Notes under the pieces: model-generated
What the model was told of the DNA's origin: nothing
The model's database searches: none
The model's input: the letters and a program-made list of their open reading frames with translations, nothing else
Virus record (IMG/VR): IMGVR_UViG_3300032308_002010
Coordinates: 96,001-160,000 of that record
Direction: 5' to 3' (one strand)
Source of the DNA: a virus
DNA: 64,000 bases
Position numbers and translations under genes: made by a program
Shown here: positions 56,414 to 64,000 of the stretch, piece after piece
How positions within the stretch are numbered: position 1 is the stretch's first letter
Layout of the letters: the number at the start of each line of letters is the position of its first letter

Positions 56414-57055
56414 TCAGTCTTTCGTGTCTAGCGGGTCAACGCCGTTAAATCCACTCATAGCCCCGGCGCGATATACGGCACGCGGCAACATGTGCAATTG
56501 GTTAGTGCTTAGCTGCCGAACAACTGCTGGCGCATTCGGCTGTTCGTCTACGTATAAGACGAACTTGTTTGACATGATTCCGACAACGTGTATTTCAAGA
56601 ACCTGCCCTGTTTTTGATGTCGGGTCTGGGGTGGTAACGGCGTGCAAAAATGAGTTTGCAAACCACTGCGCTTTTGGATTGGAATACGCGATACCGCCTA
56701 AGAATTCAAAACACTCTTCTTGCCGCCGATAATCGATGGCGTAAATGCGCTTATCCCAGTTCACGACACGTTGCCGACCGGGAGCAGGCATAACTCCAAA
56801 GCCGCTAAAAAAACGCTCGTGGTCGCGCGCTAGGTCAACCGCGAAGGGCCGCATGTCACTAGACGCCGCAGGAAATCGCGCGTCGAACTCAATGACAGGG
56901 TCTCGATCAAAACCACCGCGCGTAAACAGCAGCGCCGGCGTAAACAACACAAGCGGGTTATCGCGCTGATTGAATGCGTCTGCGCAAGAAAGGTGGGCTA
57001 ACGCGTCTGCGCCAGTTATTGAATCAACTTTTACAAACGTGTCCGGCTGATCCAT
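56414..57055 (-). CDS. hypothetical protein
   Basis: Operon context. Confidence 0.7.
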   Translation of the reverse strand: MDQPDTFVKVDSITGADALAHLSCADAFNQRDNPLVLFTPALLFTRGGFDRDPVIEFDARFPAASSDMRPFAVDLARDHERFFSGFGVMPAPGRQRVVNWDKRIYAIDYRRQEECFEFLGGIAYSNPKAQWFANSFLHAVTTPDPTSKTGQVLEIHVVGIMSNKFVLYVDEQPNAPAVVRQLSTNQLHMLPRAVYRAGAMSGFNGVDPLDTKD

Positions 57056-57064
57056 ACCACATCA

Positions 57065-57703
57065 TTATTTTTTAGCGTGGGTAAGCCCGGCGTTTGTTGT
57101 CTGAATAAGCAGCAGCAACACAAACGCGGCGTCTACGACGTTGTCTATTCCGGTTGACTTATATTTAACTGCGTCAAACGCGGCGCCCAGTGATTTATTT
57201 GCCGCTGCAATCATGTCTTCTTTGCTAGATTTGCCGTTACCAGTTGCAAACTTTTTGATGGTACTGATAGCAAAACCGCTGGAGATAAGATCTGCCTCTT
57301 CCGCCCACGTGGCAACAGTGACTTTCATACCGCCAAGCACTTCAGAGGCTGTAGCAACGCGAGACAGCACAGCCGGAATACCAAACTTTTTATTGACGAA
57401 AAACTCTCTGGGCGGCGTGTATTTTACATCCTCGTAGCCGATGACGTCAGGAGCAACGGTGTTTAAAAACGCGCGAAGCCTGACAAAACGAGCCGCGCCA
57501 GATTCAAGGCCCTGCACTGACAAATCCCACTGAAACAGCTGCAGCTTTTCTTGCAGCATTTTCTTGCCGGGAATAAAGTCGTAAACAGCGACGCCGCAGT
57601 TGCTACCTAAATCAAGCCCAAGGAACCGAATTGCGTCAACCGGCTTTTTATCCAGCTTGGCCCCAAATTGCTTGGGGTCTTTGTACATCCTGTACTTGGG
57701 CAC
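57065..57703 (-). CDS. ruvC: RuvC-like Holliday junction resolvase
   Basis: LGLDLG (D), IGYEDV (E), IKKFATGNGKSSKEDM, DNVVDA; GTG start after AGGAG. Confidence 0.85.
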   Translation of the reverse strand: MPKYRMYKDPKQFGAKLDKKPVDAIRFLGLDLGSNCGVAVYDFIPGKKMLQEKLQLFQWDLSVQGLESGAARFVRLRAFLNTVAPDVIGYEDVKYTPPREFFVNKKFGIPAVLSRVATASEVLGGMKVTVATWAEEADLISSGFAISTIKKFATGNGKSSKEDMIAAANKSLGAAFDAVKYKSTGIDNVVDAAFVLLLLIQTTNAGLTHAKK

Positions 57704-57716
57704 GCAACGCTCCTGA

Positions 57717-58391
57717 CTATTTTGGACCGGGGTAGTCGGTTTCTTTAGACGACCAAGCAACAAACCGCTGCCACAGTGACGGCTTAGTTTGTTTAGCTGT
57801 CGCAAGTGCCGTAGAACACTCGCTGAGTTTTGCCTGCGTGTCTTGCAGCTCCTTATACACCACGTTGAGCCGGGTCTGCAATACGTCGTTCATCATTTTC
57901 AAATGCTCGGCCATAAAATTCGCATTATACGTGGGCGCGCCGTTTCGCGCCGCGAACTCAATAACCGCAGACGCAAAGCGAGCCATGTTACCGGCGACCG
58001 GGGACTCCTCGCCAATAACAGATACCTCGCGCACGCCTTTAAACCAAGCCGCGCAAAAAACCTCGCCGATAGCCGCAAACAAAGCTAAACGCACCGGATA
58101 TCTAAACGCAAAAAACTCACGACGATTCAAAGCTTGCTCAAAACTACTGACAGGATCTGCGCCATTGACAAAGTCTCGCTGTGCGGCCGCTAACGCTTCA
58201 GCGATTTTGACAATCTCATCCTGAGAGATGTTGTGTTCTTCGTACCAATTTGCAGCGTCACCGGTACGCGCAGCTGGATCAAGATTTTCGATTGCGCGAA
58301 CCATAAGCGTAGGCGTGATGTACGCATAATCGCGCTCAGGGTTGTAAAGCGGGCCGTTGTCTCCCTTTTGTCGGTAACCGATGCTACCCAT
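57717..58391 (-). CDS. hypothetical protein with C-terminal coiled coil
   Basis: AAAGGA SD. Confidence 0.7.
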   Translation of the reverse strand: MGSIGYRQKGDNGPLYNPERDYAYITPTLMVRAIENLDPAARTGDAANWYEEHNISQDEIVKIAEALAAAQRDFVNGADPVSSFEQALNRREFFAFRYPVRLALFAAIGEVFCAAWFKGVREVSVIGEESPVAGNMARFASAVIEFAARNGAPTYNANFMAEHLKMMNDVLQTRLNVVYKELQDTQAKLSECSTALATAKQTKPSLWQRFVAWSSKETDYPGPK

Positions 58392-58403
58392 AGCCGTCCT
58401 TTC

Positions 58404-59258
58404 TTAGCTGGCAGATTCAATGTGACGCGACGCATTGTTTTTGCATCGAACACACAAAAACCCATTATCACTGGGATCAAAAAACGCGTCTGTTTGACAG
58501 GCGTCACAATACCGCGTTACGTATGTGCGCCGATGCGTAGCAAACATGCAGTCGTCGGCGCCCAGCCAACAATGTACGCAAGAATGTTCGTAGCCATCTG
58601 GGCACGGCCGGGCGCGTGTGCGTACCTCTATCAGTCCGCGATTGTCTCGAAACATACTGCTGCTGACACTAACCGTAGAAAACGACGGCTGCTCGCGGCT
58701 GCGTTCTGCGTCGATATGTGCGAAGAACAGCAGGTTCAAAAAGTGCATAGCCGTGGTATACGGATATGCACCCCACGGCGCAGAAAACCCAAGCGTTTGC
58801 GAGATAGCCCGGCAGCTGTTTTGCGAGAAAAATTGCGTAAAAGACATAGGACACGGAGAACCACCAACTGCGCGGCAAGTCAGAATATAGCCAGAAGTTG
58901 TTTTCCGCTTGTACGGCCTGACACCCTCTACGCATACCGGCACTAGCTCGTCTTCTAGTTGCCGCGTCCACGGCAAAACAGGCGCGCCGTCCTTTAGTTT
59001 TTCAATGTTGCCAGCCAAGCGCCACGCCAACGTGTGTGCTGCACTCCGCGTTAACGTGGTGCCGGCCAACGCACGAATTGAATCAAAAACTGCCGCGCTC
59101 ACTACTGAGTTTGGCAGTTCGTTTAAAACGTCACGGCAAATGTCGCGAAGAGTTTCACCGCCAACCATTGCGTCTATGTAAGGACGCAGCGCGCGGTCGG
59201 CGAGTCGATCGCGGTATTGACGTAGCCGCGTATAACTAAACGGTGGGCGTTTCATCAC
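58404..59258 (-). CDS. hypothetical protein with C-terminal zinc-binding motifs
   Basis: CP...HSCVHC...C and CDAC...CVRC. Confidence 0.7.
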   Translation of the reverse strand: MMKRPPFSYTRLRQYRDRLADRALRPYIDAMVGGETLRDICRDVLNELPNSVVSAAVFDSIRALAGTTLTRSAAHTLAWRLAGNIEKLKDGAPVLPWTRQLEDELVPVCVEGVRPYKRKTTSGYILTCRAVGGSPCPMSFTQFFSQNSCRAISQTLGFSAPWGAYPYTTAMHFLNLLFFAHIDAERSREQPSFSTVSVSSSMFRDNRGLIEVRTRARPCPDGYEHSCVHCWLGADDCMFATHRRTYVTRYCDACQTDAFFDPSDNGFLCVRCKNNASRHIESAS

Positions 59259-59886
59259 TGCCTCGCAACGTAACAGACGCCGCTGTCGAAGCTGTTTGAG
59301 CGGCAGTCGTAACTGTTACGGGCGCAGAAGAGTCGTCCACTGGACGGGCCACAATTTTGCGATCTGGATTGCTGGCCTCCCACTGCTGCCGTGCTTTACC
59401 GCACGTCTCTTCCGCAGACGTAGCCGTTTCTTTAACCGCAGCGGCTTCCTGCTCAAGCGCCAAAATGATCGTGCCCAGCTCGCTAGACAAGAGATTTGAG
59501 ATATCGCCAACGCACACAACATTTTTAACGTGCGCAACAATCGGGTCAGACTCCTTGCCCGCCTTCACAGACCGAAAGCTAATAGCAATGTCCTCAATTT
59601 TGAGCGTGTCAGGAAGCGGGTCGGAGAGAGATTTCCCGTTTAGTTCGGCGCCAATGATCCGAAGAGCGCTAAAACGGGAATACAGATCTTCCATCCGCGA
59701 GGCCGCATCTTTGATCAGCTCAGACGGATTTACCTTAATTGTTTGCTGCGGTGACGCGGCAGCAGCCTGTAAAGCTTTGGCCAGCGCAGAGGCGTCCATT
59801 TTGATCGGCACTGACACGTTGGTAATACCGCACGTGTTAGGCGCTTCAGATTTTGGAGCATCAATAATCGTCGTTTTCTTTGCCAT
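59236..59886 (-). CDS. hypothetical protein
   Basis: AAGGA SD. Confidence 0.7.
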   Translation of the reverse strand: MAKKTTIIDAPKSEAPNTCGITNVSVPIKMDASALAKALQAAAASPQQTIKVNPSELIKDAASRMEDLYSRFSALRIIGAELNGKSLSDPLPDTLKIEDIAISFRSVKAGKESDPIVAHVKNVVCVGDISNLLSSELGTIILALEQEAAAVKETATSAEETCGKARQQWEASNPDRKIVARPVDDSSAPVTVTTAAQTASTAASVTLRGSDETPTV

Positions 59887-59896
59887 TTTTTTATCC

Positions 59897-60301
59897 TTAA
59901 AGGAGTTTTACAGCGAAACCAAACCAGTAGCGTAGACCGGCGTGCGCGCCTGTGTCGGCATCATACAGCAGCTCAACCGGGTTGCCAGTCGCCACGTAGA
60001 AATGCTCGACGGGTCCGGGTAAGTAGCCGGCGCAACTCAAACCAAGCTGCAGCATAAAAGCCATTGCAAGGTCGGCCGACGGGTTTAAATCATACGGAAA
60101 AAGCGGAATGCGTAAATACTCGTCGTGCTCGGAAAAAGCCCATGTCGGGGAGTCTCCCGGATTATATTGGGCGTCTAAAACACGCCAACGCGAGCTGCCG
60201 AGTTTTTCAACAGATTGAATAAACGCCGGCGCAAACGGCGTACCTTCCGGCCACCCGTCACGAGTTTTTTTCATATCTAAACGGGCAACGGAAACTTTCA
60301 T
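59897..60301 (-). CDS. hypothetical protein
   Basis: ATGA overlap. Confidence 0.7.
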   Translation of the reverse strand: MKVSVARLDMKKTRDGWPEGTPFAPAFIQSVEKLGSSRWRVLDAQYNPGDSPTWAFSEHDEYLRIPLFPYDLNPSADLAMAFMLQLGLSCAGYLPGPVEHFYVATGNPVELLYDADTGAHAGLRYWFGFAVKLL

Positions 60302-61008
60302 GTCATCATCGTCCTTGGCGCCGCGGCTTCAACACCAGAATCATTGACATTAATTTTCACGCCTTCACGAAAATGACAAAATCGAATGTCTTGGTGTTTA
60401 AACGCTGCACCAAGCACACGATCGCCATATTTTTGTTGAAAATCAACCGGCGGAAAATTGAGTTGATACAGCAACTCTGTTTTAATCGCCCACCACCCGC
60501 CGATAACATACGGCAGATAAGTCTTTTCGTATTCCGGGTTAAACCACGACTGCTGTTGCAGCCACAATAGTTGCTCATCGGGAAGTCTGGCGCGCTCTAC
60601 GGATCCAACAAGATTGCAGCCGTTTACATTGTTTATTACACGCGCAAACCAATTGTGTACGGTGTCAGTCGGCTCCAGATAAGAGTCATGATCAAACCAC
60701 ATCGTAATCGGCGCGGTAATGGGCGGCTCATAGAACATACGCCGCATCATAGGATACTTCATCAGATTTTCAGTACTGTGAAAAATCGTTGCCGAATGGA
60801 AGTGATCAGCAATTTGTTGAATTAAAAATTGTGTCGTGTCTGGCCCCACAGCGTTGCAGCCAAAACGAAAAGATACGTTTTGGTTGGCCAACTCGCGCAT
60901 CGGCTCGTTGAGCACGCGCTGCGCCAGTTTAAAATGTTTGTCTTCGTTGCCGTAGAACAGCACACAGATACAAACAGATGCGGCTCCATCCGCCATACAC
61001 GACTCCAT
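60298..61008 (-). CDS. GT-A (GT2-like) glycosyltransferase
   Basis: ICVLFY N-terminus, WFDHDS (DxD), GGWWAIK, GD..LG. Confidence 0.65.
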   Translation of the reverse strand: MESCMADGAASVCICVLFYGNEDKHFKLAQRVLNEPMRELANQNVSFRFGCNAVGPDTTQFLIQQIADHFHSATIFHSTENLMKYPMMRRMFYEPPITAPITMWFDHDSYLEPTDTVHNWFARVINNVNGCNLVGSVERARLPDEQLLWLQQQSWFNPEYEKTYLPYVIGGWWAIKTELLYQLNFPPVDFQQKYGDRVLGAAFKHQDIRFCHFREGVKINVNDSGVEAAAPRTMMT

Positions 61009-61021
61009 TCAACTAAGTAAA

Positions 61022-61570
61022 CTACAACCGTGCCGACGCCATTGACGCACGCGCCACAGCAACCGGCATGACCACCGGCGGTACTCGTGATCGGCCAAGA
61101 AGCTTCAATACCCGCATCACGTTATGCGAATCGGGTTCGATATTCTTCTTAGCATCTTTGACCATCTTATCGATCAGTTCAAGAAACGTCGTGCGTTCTT
61201 TCACAGACGCAAAATTGAATCTAACCGAAAACTGAGTTACTGTCTTGCCGGCGTGCTCGTCTGCAACGTCGCACCTATCCCACGCTGATTTTTCGTCGCC
61301 GCGGGTATAGACACAGGCAATTCGACCCAGAAAGTCATAGACCACAATTACAGCCGACTTATCGACATCGCCGACTAACGAGAAGGCATGCGGAAACTGG
61401 GTTGCCGGAATAAAAGGCAACTTTTCCACCGTCTGATCGTTAAATTCGAGGCGCTGTAGCTGCAGCGGAAATGTGCGATGTCCGCGTGCGTTATCAGTGA
61501 TATAGAACTCGGCCTCCAGCGCGCCGACGCCGGGCTCAATCACAACTGGAACATTACGTACAGAAAACAT
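61022..61570 (-). CDS. hypothetical protein
   Basis: GGAGG SD. Confidence 0.7.
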   Translation of the reverse strand: MFSVRNVPVVIEPGVGALEAEFYITDNARGHRTFPLQLQRLEFNDQTVEKLPFIPATQFPHAFSLVGDVDKSAVIVVYDFLGRIACVYTRGDEKSAWDRCDVADEHAGKTVTQFSVRFNFASVKERTTFLELIDKMVKDAKKNIEPDSHNVMRVLKLLGRSRVPPVVMPVAVARASMASARL

Positions 61571-61578
61571 AAAACCTC

Positions 61579-62466
61579 CTAACGCGTCATATTGGACCGG
61601 CGACGCGGCGAGGCTTCCTGCTCTTCCGTATCGTCATCAATCTCTTCACGCTTGTTCAGCTCTTCCCGAACCTTAGCGCACATCGCGCGGTGATCCGCCA
61701 CGATGTCAGACAGTTTCTCAAAGTTTTCAATGATCTCAGCAAAGTAGCCTTGAACAGTTGCATCAAACTTTGACGGCGCAGCATTTACGATGTCGTCGTA
61801 AATGTTGTCGCGCTTTTCGCTAAGCCATAGCGAATCAGAACGAGAAATCCAGCGCCGCTGGTGCTGCAGCAGATCATGCAACTGCTGCTTGAGCCCCTTG
61901 GGAGACTGGTGAGTGCGGCCGCTCGTCTTTTGCTTGCCGCGCATCTCCTGCAACTCAGTCGCCAACGTGCGGGCCGTGTAAGCCTCCTCAGCGCACTTCT
62001 CCTCGACAGCAGAGCGCTGCTGATCATCGGGAATCTGCGTGAGAAGCTGTACGTGCGATGTCGTCAGCCGCCACCGCGGACGGTCCGGGCAGCGCAGACT
62101 GAGCAGCCGAATGATCTCAGCCTCGCTCGGATACTTCTCAAAGAAGTTTACGGCACCACGCATCTGTTCGATGGTATAGACCGGCGCAAAAATTGACATG
62201 AGCAGCGAAGCTCCGTCAATGTGCTGCGTCTGCTGTTCCGCCGTTAGATAGCGTTCTGGATCTCCTTTTACCTCCGAAATAAGCTTTCCGATCCGCCAGT
62301 ATGCCCGCAGGCTAGCTTCCTGCGCGTCACTGAACAGACCGTCAATTTCGGAAACGACGTCCTGCAACTCAGGCGTCAAATTCTCCGTTGCTACTAAGAG
62401 CGGCGAATTACGCGACTCGACCATATCAGCCTGAATCATCGCCGCCGCCTTAGACTTCCTACCCAT
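61579..62466 (-). CDS. DUF1016 N-terminal-like DNA-binding protein
   Basis: YWRIGKLI...FF..YP...L..SH..LL...D...R......YT.R.L. Confidence 0.5.
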   Translation of the reverse strand: MGRKSKAAAMIQADMVESRNSPLLVATENLTPELQDVVSEIDGLFSDAQEASLRAYWRIGKLISEVKGDPERYLTAEQQTQHIDGASLLMSIFAPVYTIEQMRGAVNFFEKYPSEAEIIRLLSLRCPDRPRWRLTTSHVQLLTQIPDDQQRSAVEEKCAEEAYTARTLATELQEMRGKQKTSGRTHQSPKGLKQQLHDLLQHQRRWISRSDSLWLSEKRDNIYDDIVNAAPSKFDATVQGYFAEIIENFEKLSDIVADHRAMCAKVREELNKREEIDDDTEEQEASPRRRSNMTR

Positions 62467-62493
62467 TGAATCTCTCCCTATAAGTGAGGTTAA

Positions 62494-63648
62494 CTATTTT
62501 CGCTTTCTGCCTTTCGGGGCAGGAAGCAGCAATTCAAGCGCGGTTGTTTGCAATAGATCGCGCAGGGTGTGGTAATGCCCGCGCGAACACCGCAACATAG
62601 AACAAAACAAGTCATAGGCAGTACGTTGCCTAAGCACTTCTTTTGTGTAGACGTCAATGGCGTCGCGCGGCTCGATGTCCGCACCGACCATTGCCGTATT
62701 TCGAATAATCTGTTTGGCGTCTTCTCTTGTGATCTTGAACTTCATCAGGTACGAAGTCCATTTGTCGTTCGCTGCGTCCATAGTTGTCTTGTCAGGAGAA
62801 AACTCCAGAGACAAACCCATAAGCGCTGAGACGCGATTTGCTACGGCGGTCATATCAACGCTGCGCTCGGCAACCGCTGACGCCAAAATCGACACGCGAC
62901 CAACAAGATCAGCGCCCGTGTGATTTAGCCGCCCGCCCTTGCCGGCAGGAGACAGCGCCGCGCCAAACTTTGTGTACAAGCACGTAGACGCGCGGATAGC
63001 GTTGCCAGTGTCTTCCCGGTTTGAGAAATACCACCCCGCCGCAAACGTGTGCCGCGGATCTGTATAAATATCTGTACGCCGTGATTTGGGGTCTATGAAA
63101 TACAGCCGCAACTCTCGCCCCAGCAGCTCCGCCCGAAAAAACTCGGCCTGCGGTTGCTTGTCGTATAGCTCGTTGCTGACGGTTTCCATAAACAAACTGT
63201 TATCCAGCATGCGGTGATCGAGACCCAAAAAGCCCTCGACAGACCGCTCGCGATGGTTCACAAGCAGAGTACGCTCGCGCAACGCATCAAACCTAACACG
63301 CAGCGTAGCGTTGTAAATACTGACTGCCGCGGCAATGTCAGTAGCCCGCGTTGTTGTGCGCACCTGACGGACGTTCTCGCCAGACAGCTCGTTAAACAGC
63401 TGCGCTAGCCCGACGGACAAAACAGACGACAACGCCCGAAAACCGATAGCGTTAAACCGGTAGCCGTTTTCTACGATGCTGCCGTCGGGTCCCATAATTA
63501 ACTGGGACTCCTCGACGACCGGGACAGACTCCGTACTCGCGGATCGCATCTCCAGAAATTTTCGGCACTCTTCTAGCTGGCTTGCCGAAAACGAGAACGC
63601 CGGCACGGGCGCAAATACACTGCGCACAGTTGTAGTTGCCGACAACAT
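62494..63648 (-). CDS. hypothetical protein, weakly DUF932-like
   Basis: G.....MLDN..FM..V pattern; GGAG SD. Confidence 0.55.
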   Translation of the reverse strand: MLSATTTVRSVFAPVPAFSFSASQLEECRKFLEMRSASTESVPVVEESQLIMGPDGSIVENGYRFNAIGFRALSSVLSVGLAQLFNELSGENVRQVRTTTRATDIAAAVSIYNATLRVRFDALRERTLLVNHRERSVEGFLGLDHRMLDNSLFMETVSNELYDKQPQAEFFRAELLGRELRLYFIDPKSRRTDIYTDPRHTFAAGWYFSNREDTGNAIRASTCLYTKFGAALSPAGKGGRLNHTGADLVGRVSILASAVAERSVDMTAVANRVSALMGLSLEFSPDKTTMDAANDKWTSYLMKFKITREDAKQIIRNTAMVGADIEPRDAIDVYTKEVLRQRTAYDLFCSMLRCSRGHYHTLRDLLQTTALELLLPAPKGRKRK

Positions 63649-63666
63649 CCGGGCCTCCGTGCCGAA

Positions 63667-63987
63667 CTAATCGTAATACCAGTCTGCGCCTATGGCATTA
63701 AAAAGCGTCGCAGTGTGCTCGACTGTAAACATATTCTTGACAGTTGGCGGAAAACTGCAGACCCACTGGACTCGCGGAATTCCGGTGTCGTCGGTTATGT
63801 GGTTGTGCGCACATAGCATCGTTCGCACCACGGGAAAACACATAATGAACCGACGTTCTGTGTTTATTTCCAACCGGTGCAGGTTTTTGGCCACCGCAGC
63901 GAGTAACCTGTTTTTACCGTCTTTCGGAATTTTGAACAGATCAGCCATCGTCAGTTCGTGCAGCCGCGGGATGCGCCGCCCGCACAA
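63667..63987 (-). CDS. hypothetical protein (may extend beyond window)
   Basis: ORF at window edge. Confidence 0.5.
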   Translation of the reverse strand: MCGRRIPRLHELTMADLFKIPKDGKNRLLAAVAKNLHRLEINTERRFIMCFPVVRTMLCAHNHITDDTGIPRVQWVCSFPPTVKNMFTVEHTATLFNAIGADWYYD

Positions 63988-64000
63988 GACACCCGGGAAA

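Overview
This window is a 64-kb segment of a large dsDNA bacteriophage (jumbo-type) genome. Almost all genes lie on the minus strand in tightly overlapping operons with Shine-Dalgarno sites. Host-like protein families point to a Planctomycetota/PVC host, which is an inference. Layout: (1) 1-11.4 kb has AlkB-like, HNH and SprT-like genes, probable internal virion proteins built from modules separated by K-x-A/S motifs, a SNF2/D6-D11-like helicase fusion, an exported trypsin-like protease and a split permuted papain-like enzyme. An inverted-repeat-bracketed cassette carrying an acid-ceramidase-like hydrolase interrupts this block. (2) 11.9-25 kb is an accessory region with small genes, a tmRNA, six tRNAs, an HNH insertion and three ORF-free, highly structured intervals that look like large ncRNAs. 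(3) 25-47 kb is an adsorption/fibre region with a 1740-aa cysteine-rich repeat protein, four collagen-like proteins, tail-fibre proteins and two KpsS-like glycosyltransferases. (4) 47-64 kb has tmk, an HD protein, glycosyltransferases, a putative portal, RuvC and conserved hypotheticals. The best leads are a tRNA-Ile with two anticodon arms (UAU and GAU), a ~430-nt structured RNA closed by a 25-bp helix, transcription units bracketed by inverted TAGCTAAA elements, and a possible phage-encoded glycosylated collagen/Cys-rich surface apparatus. No database searches were run. All family calls come from motif recognition by eye.
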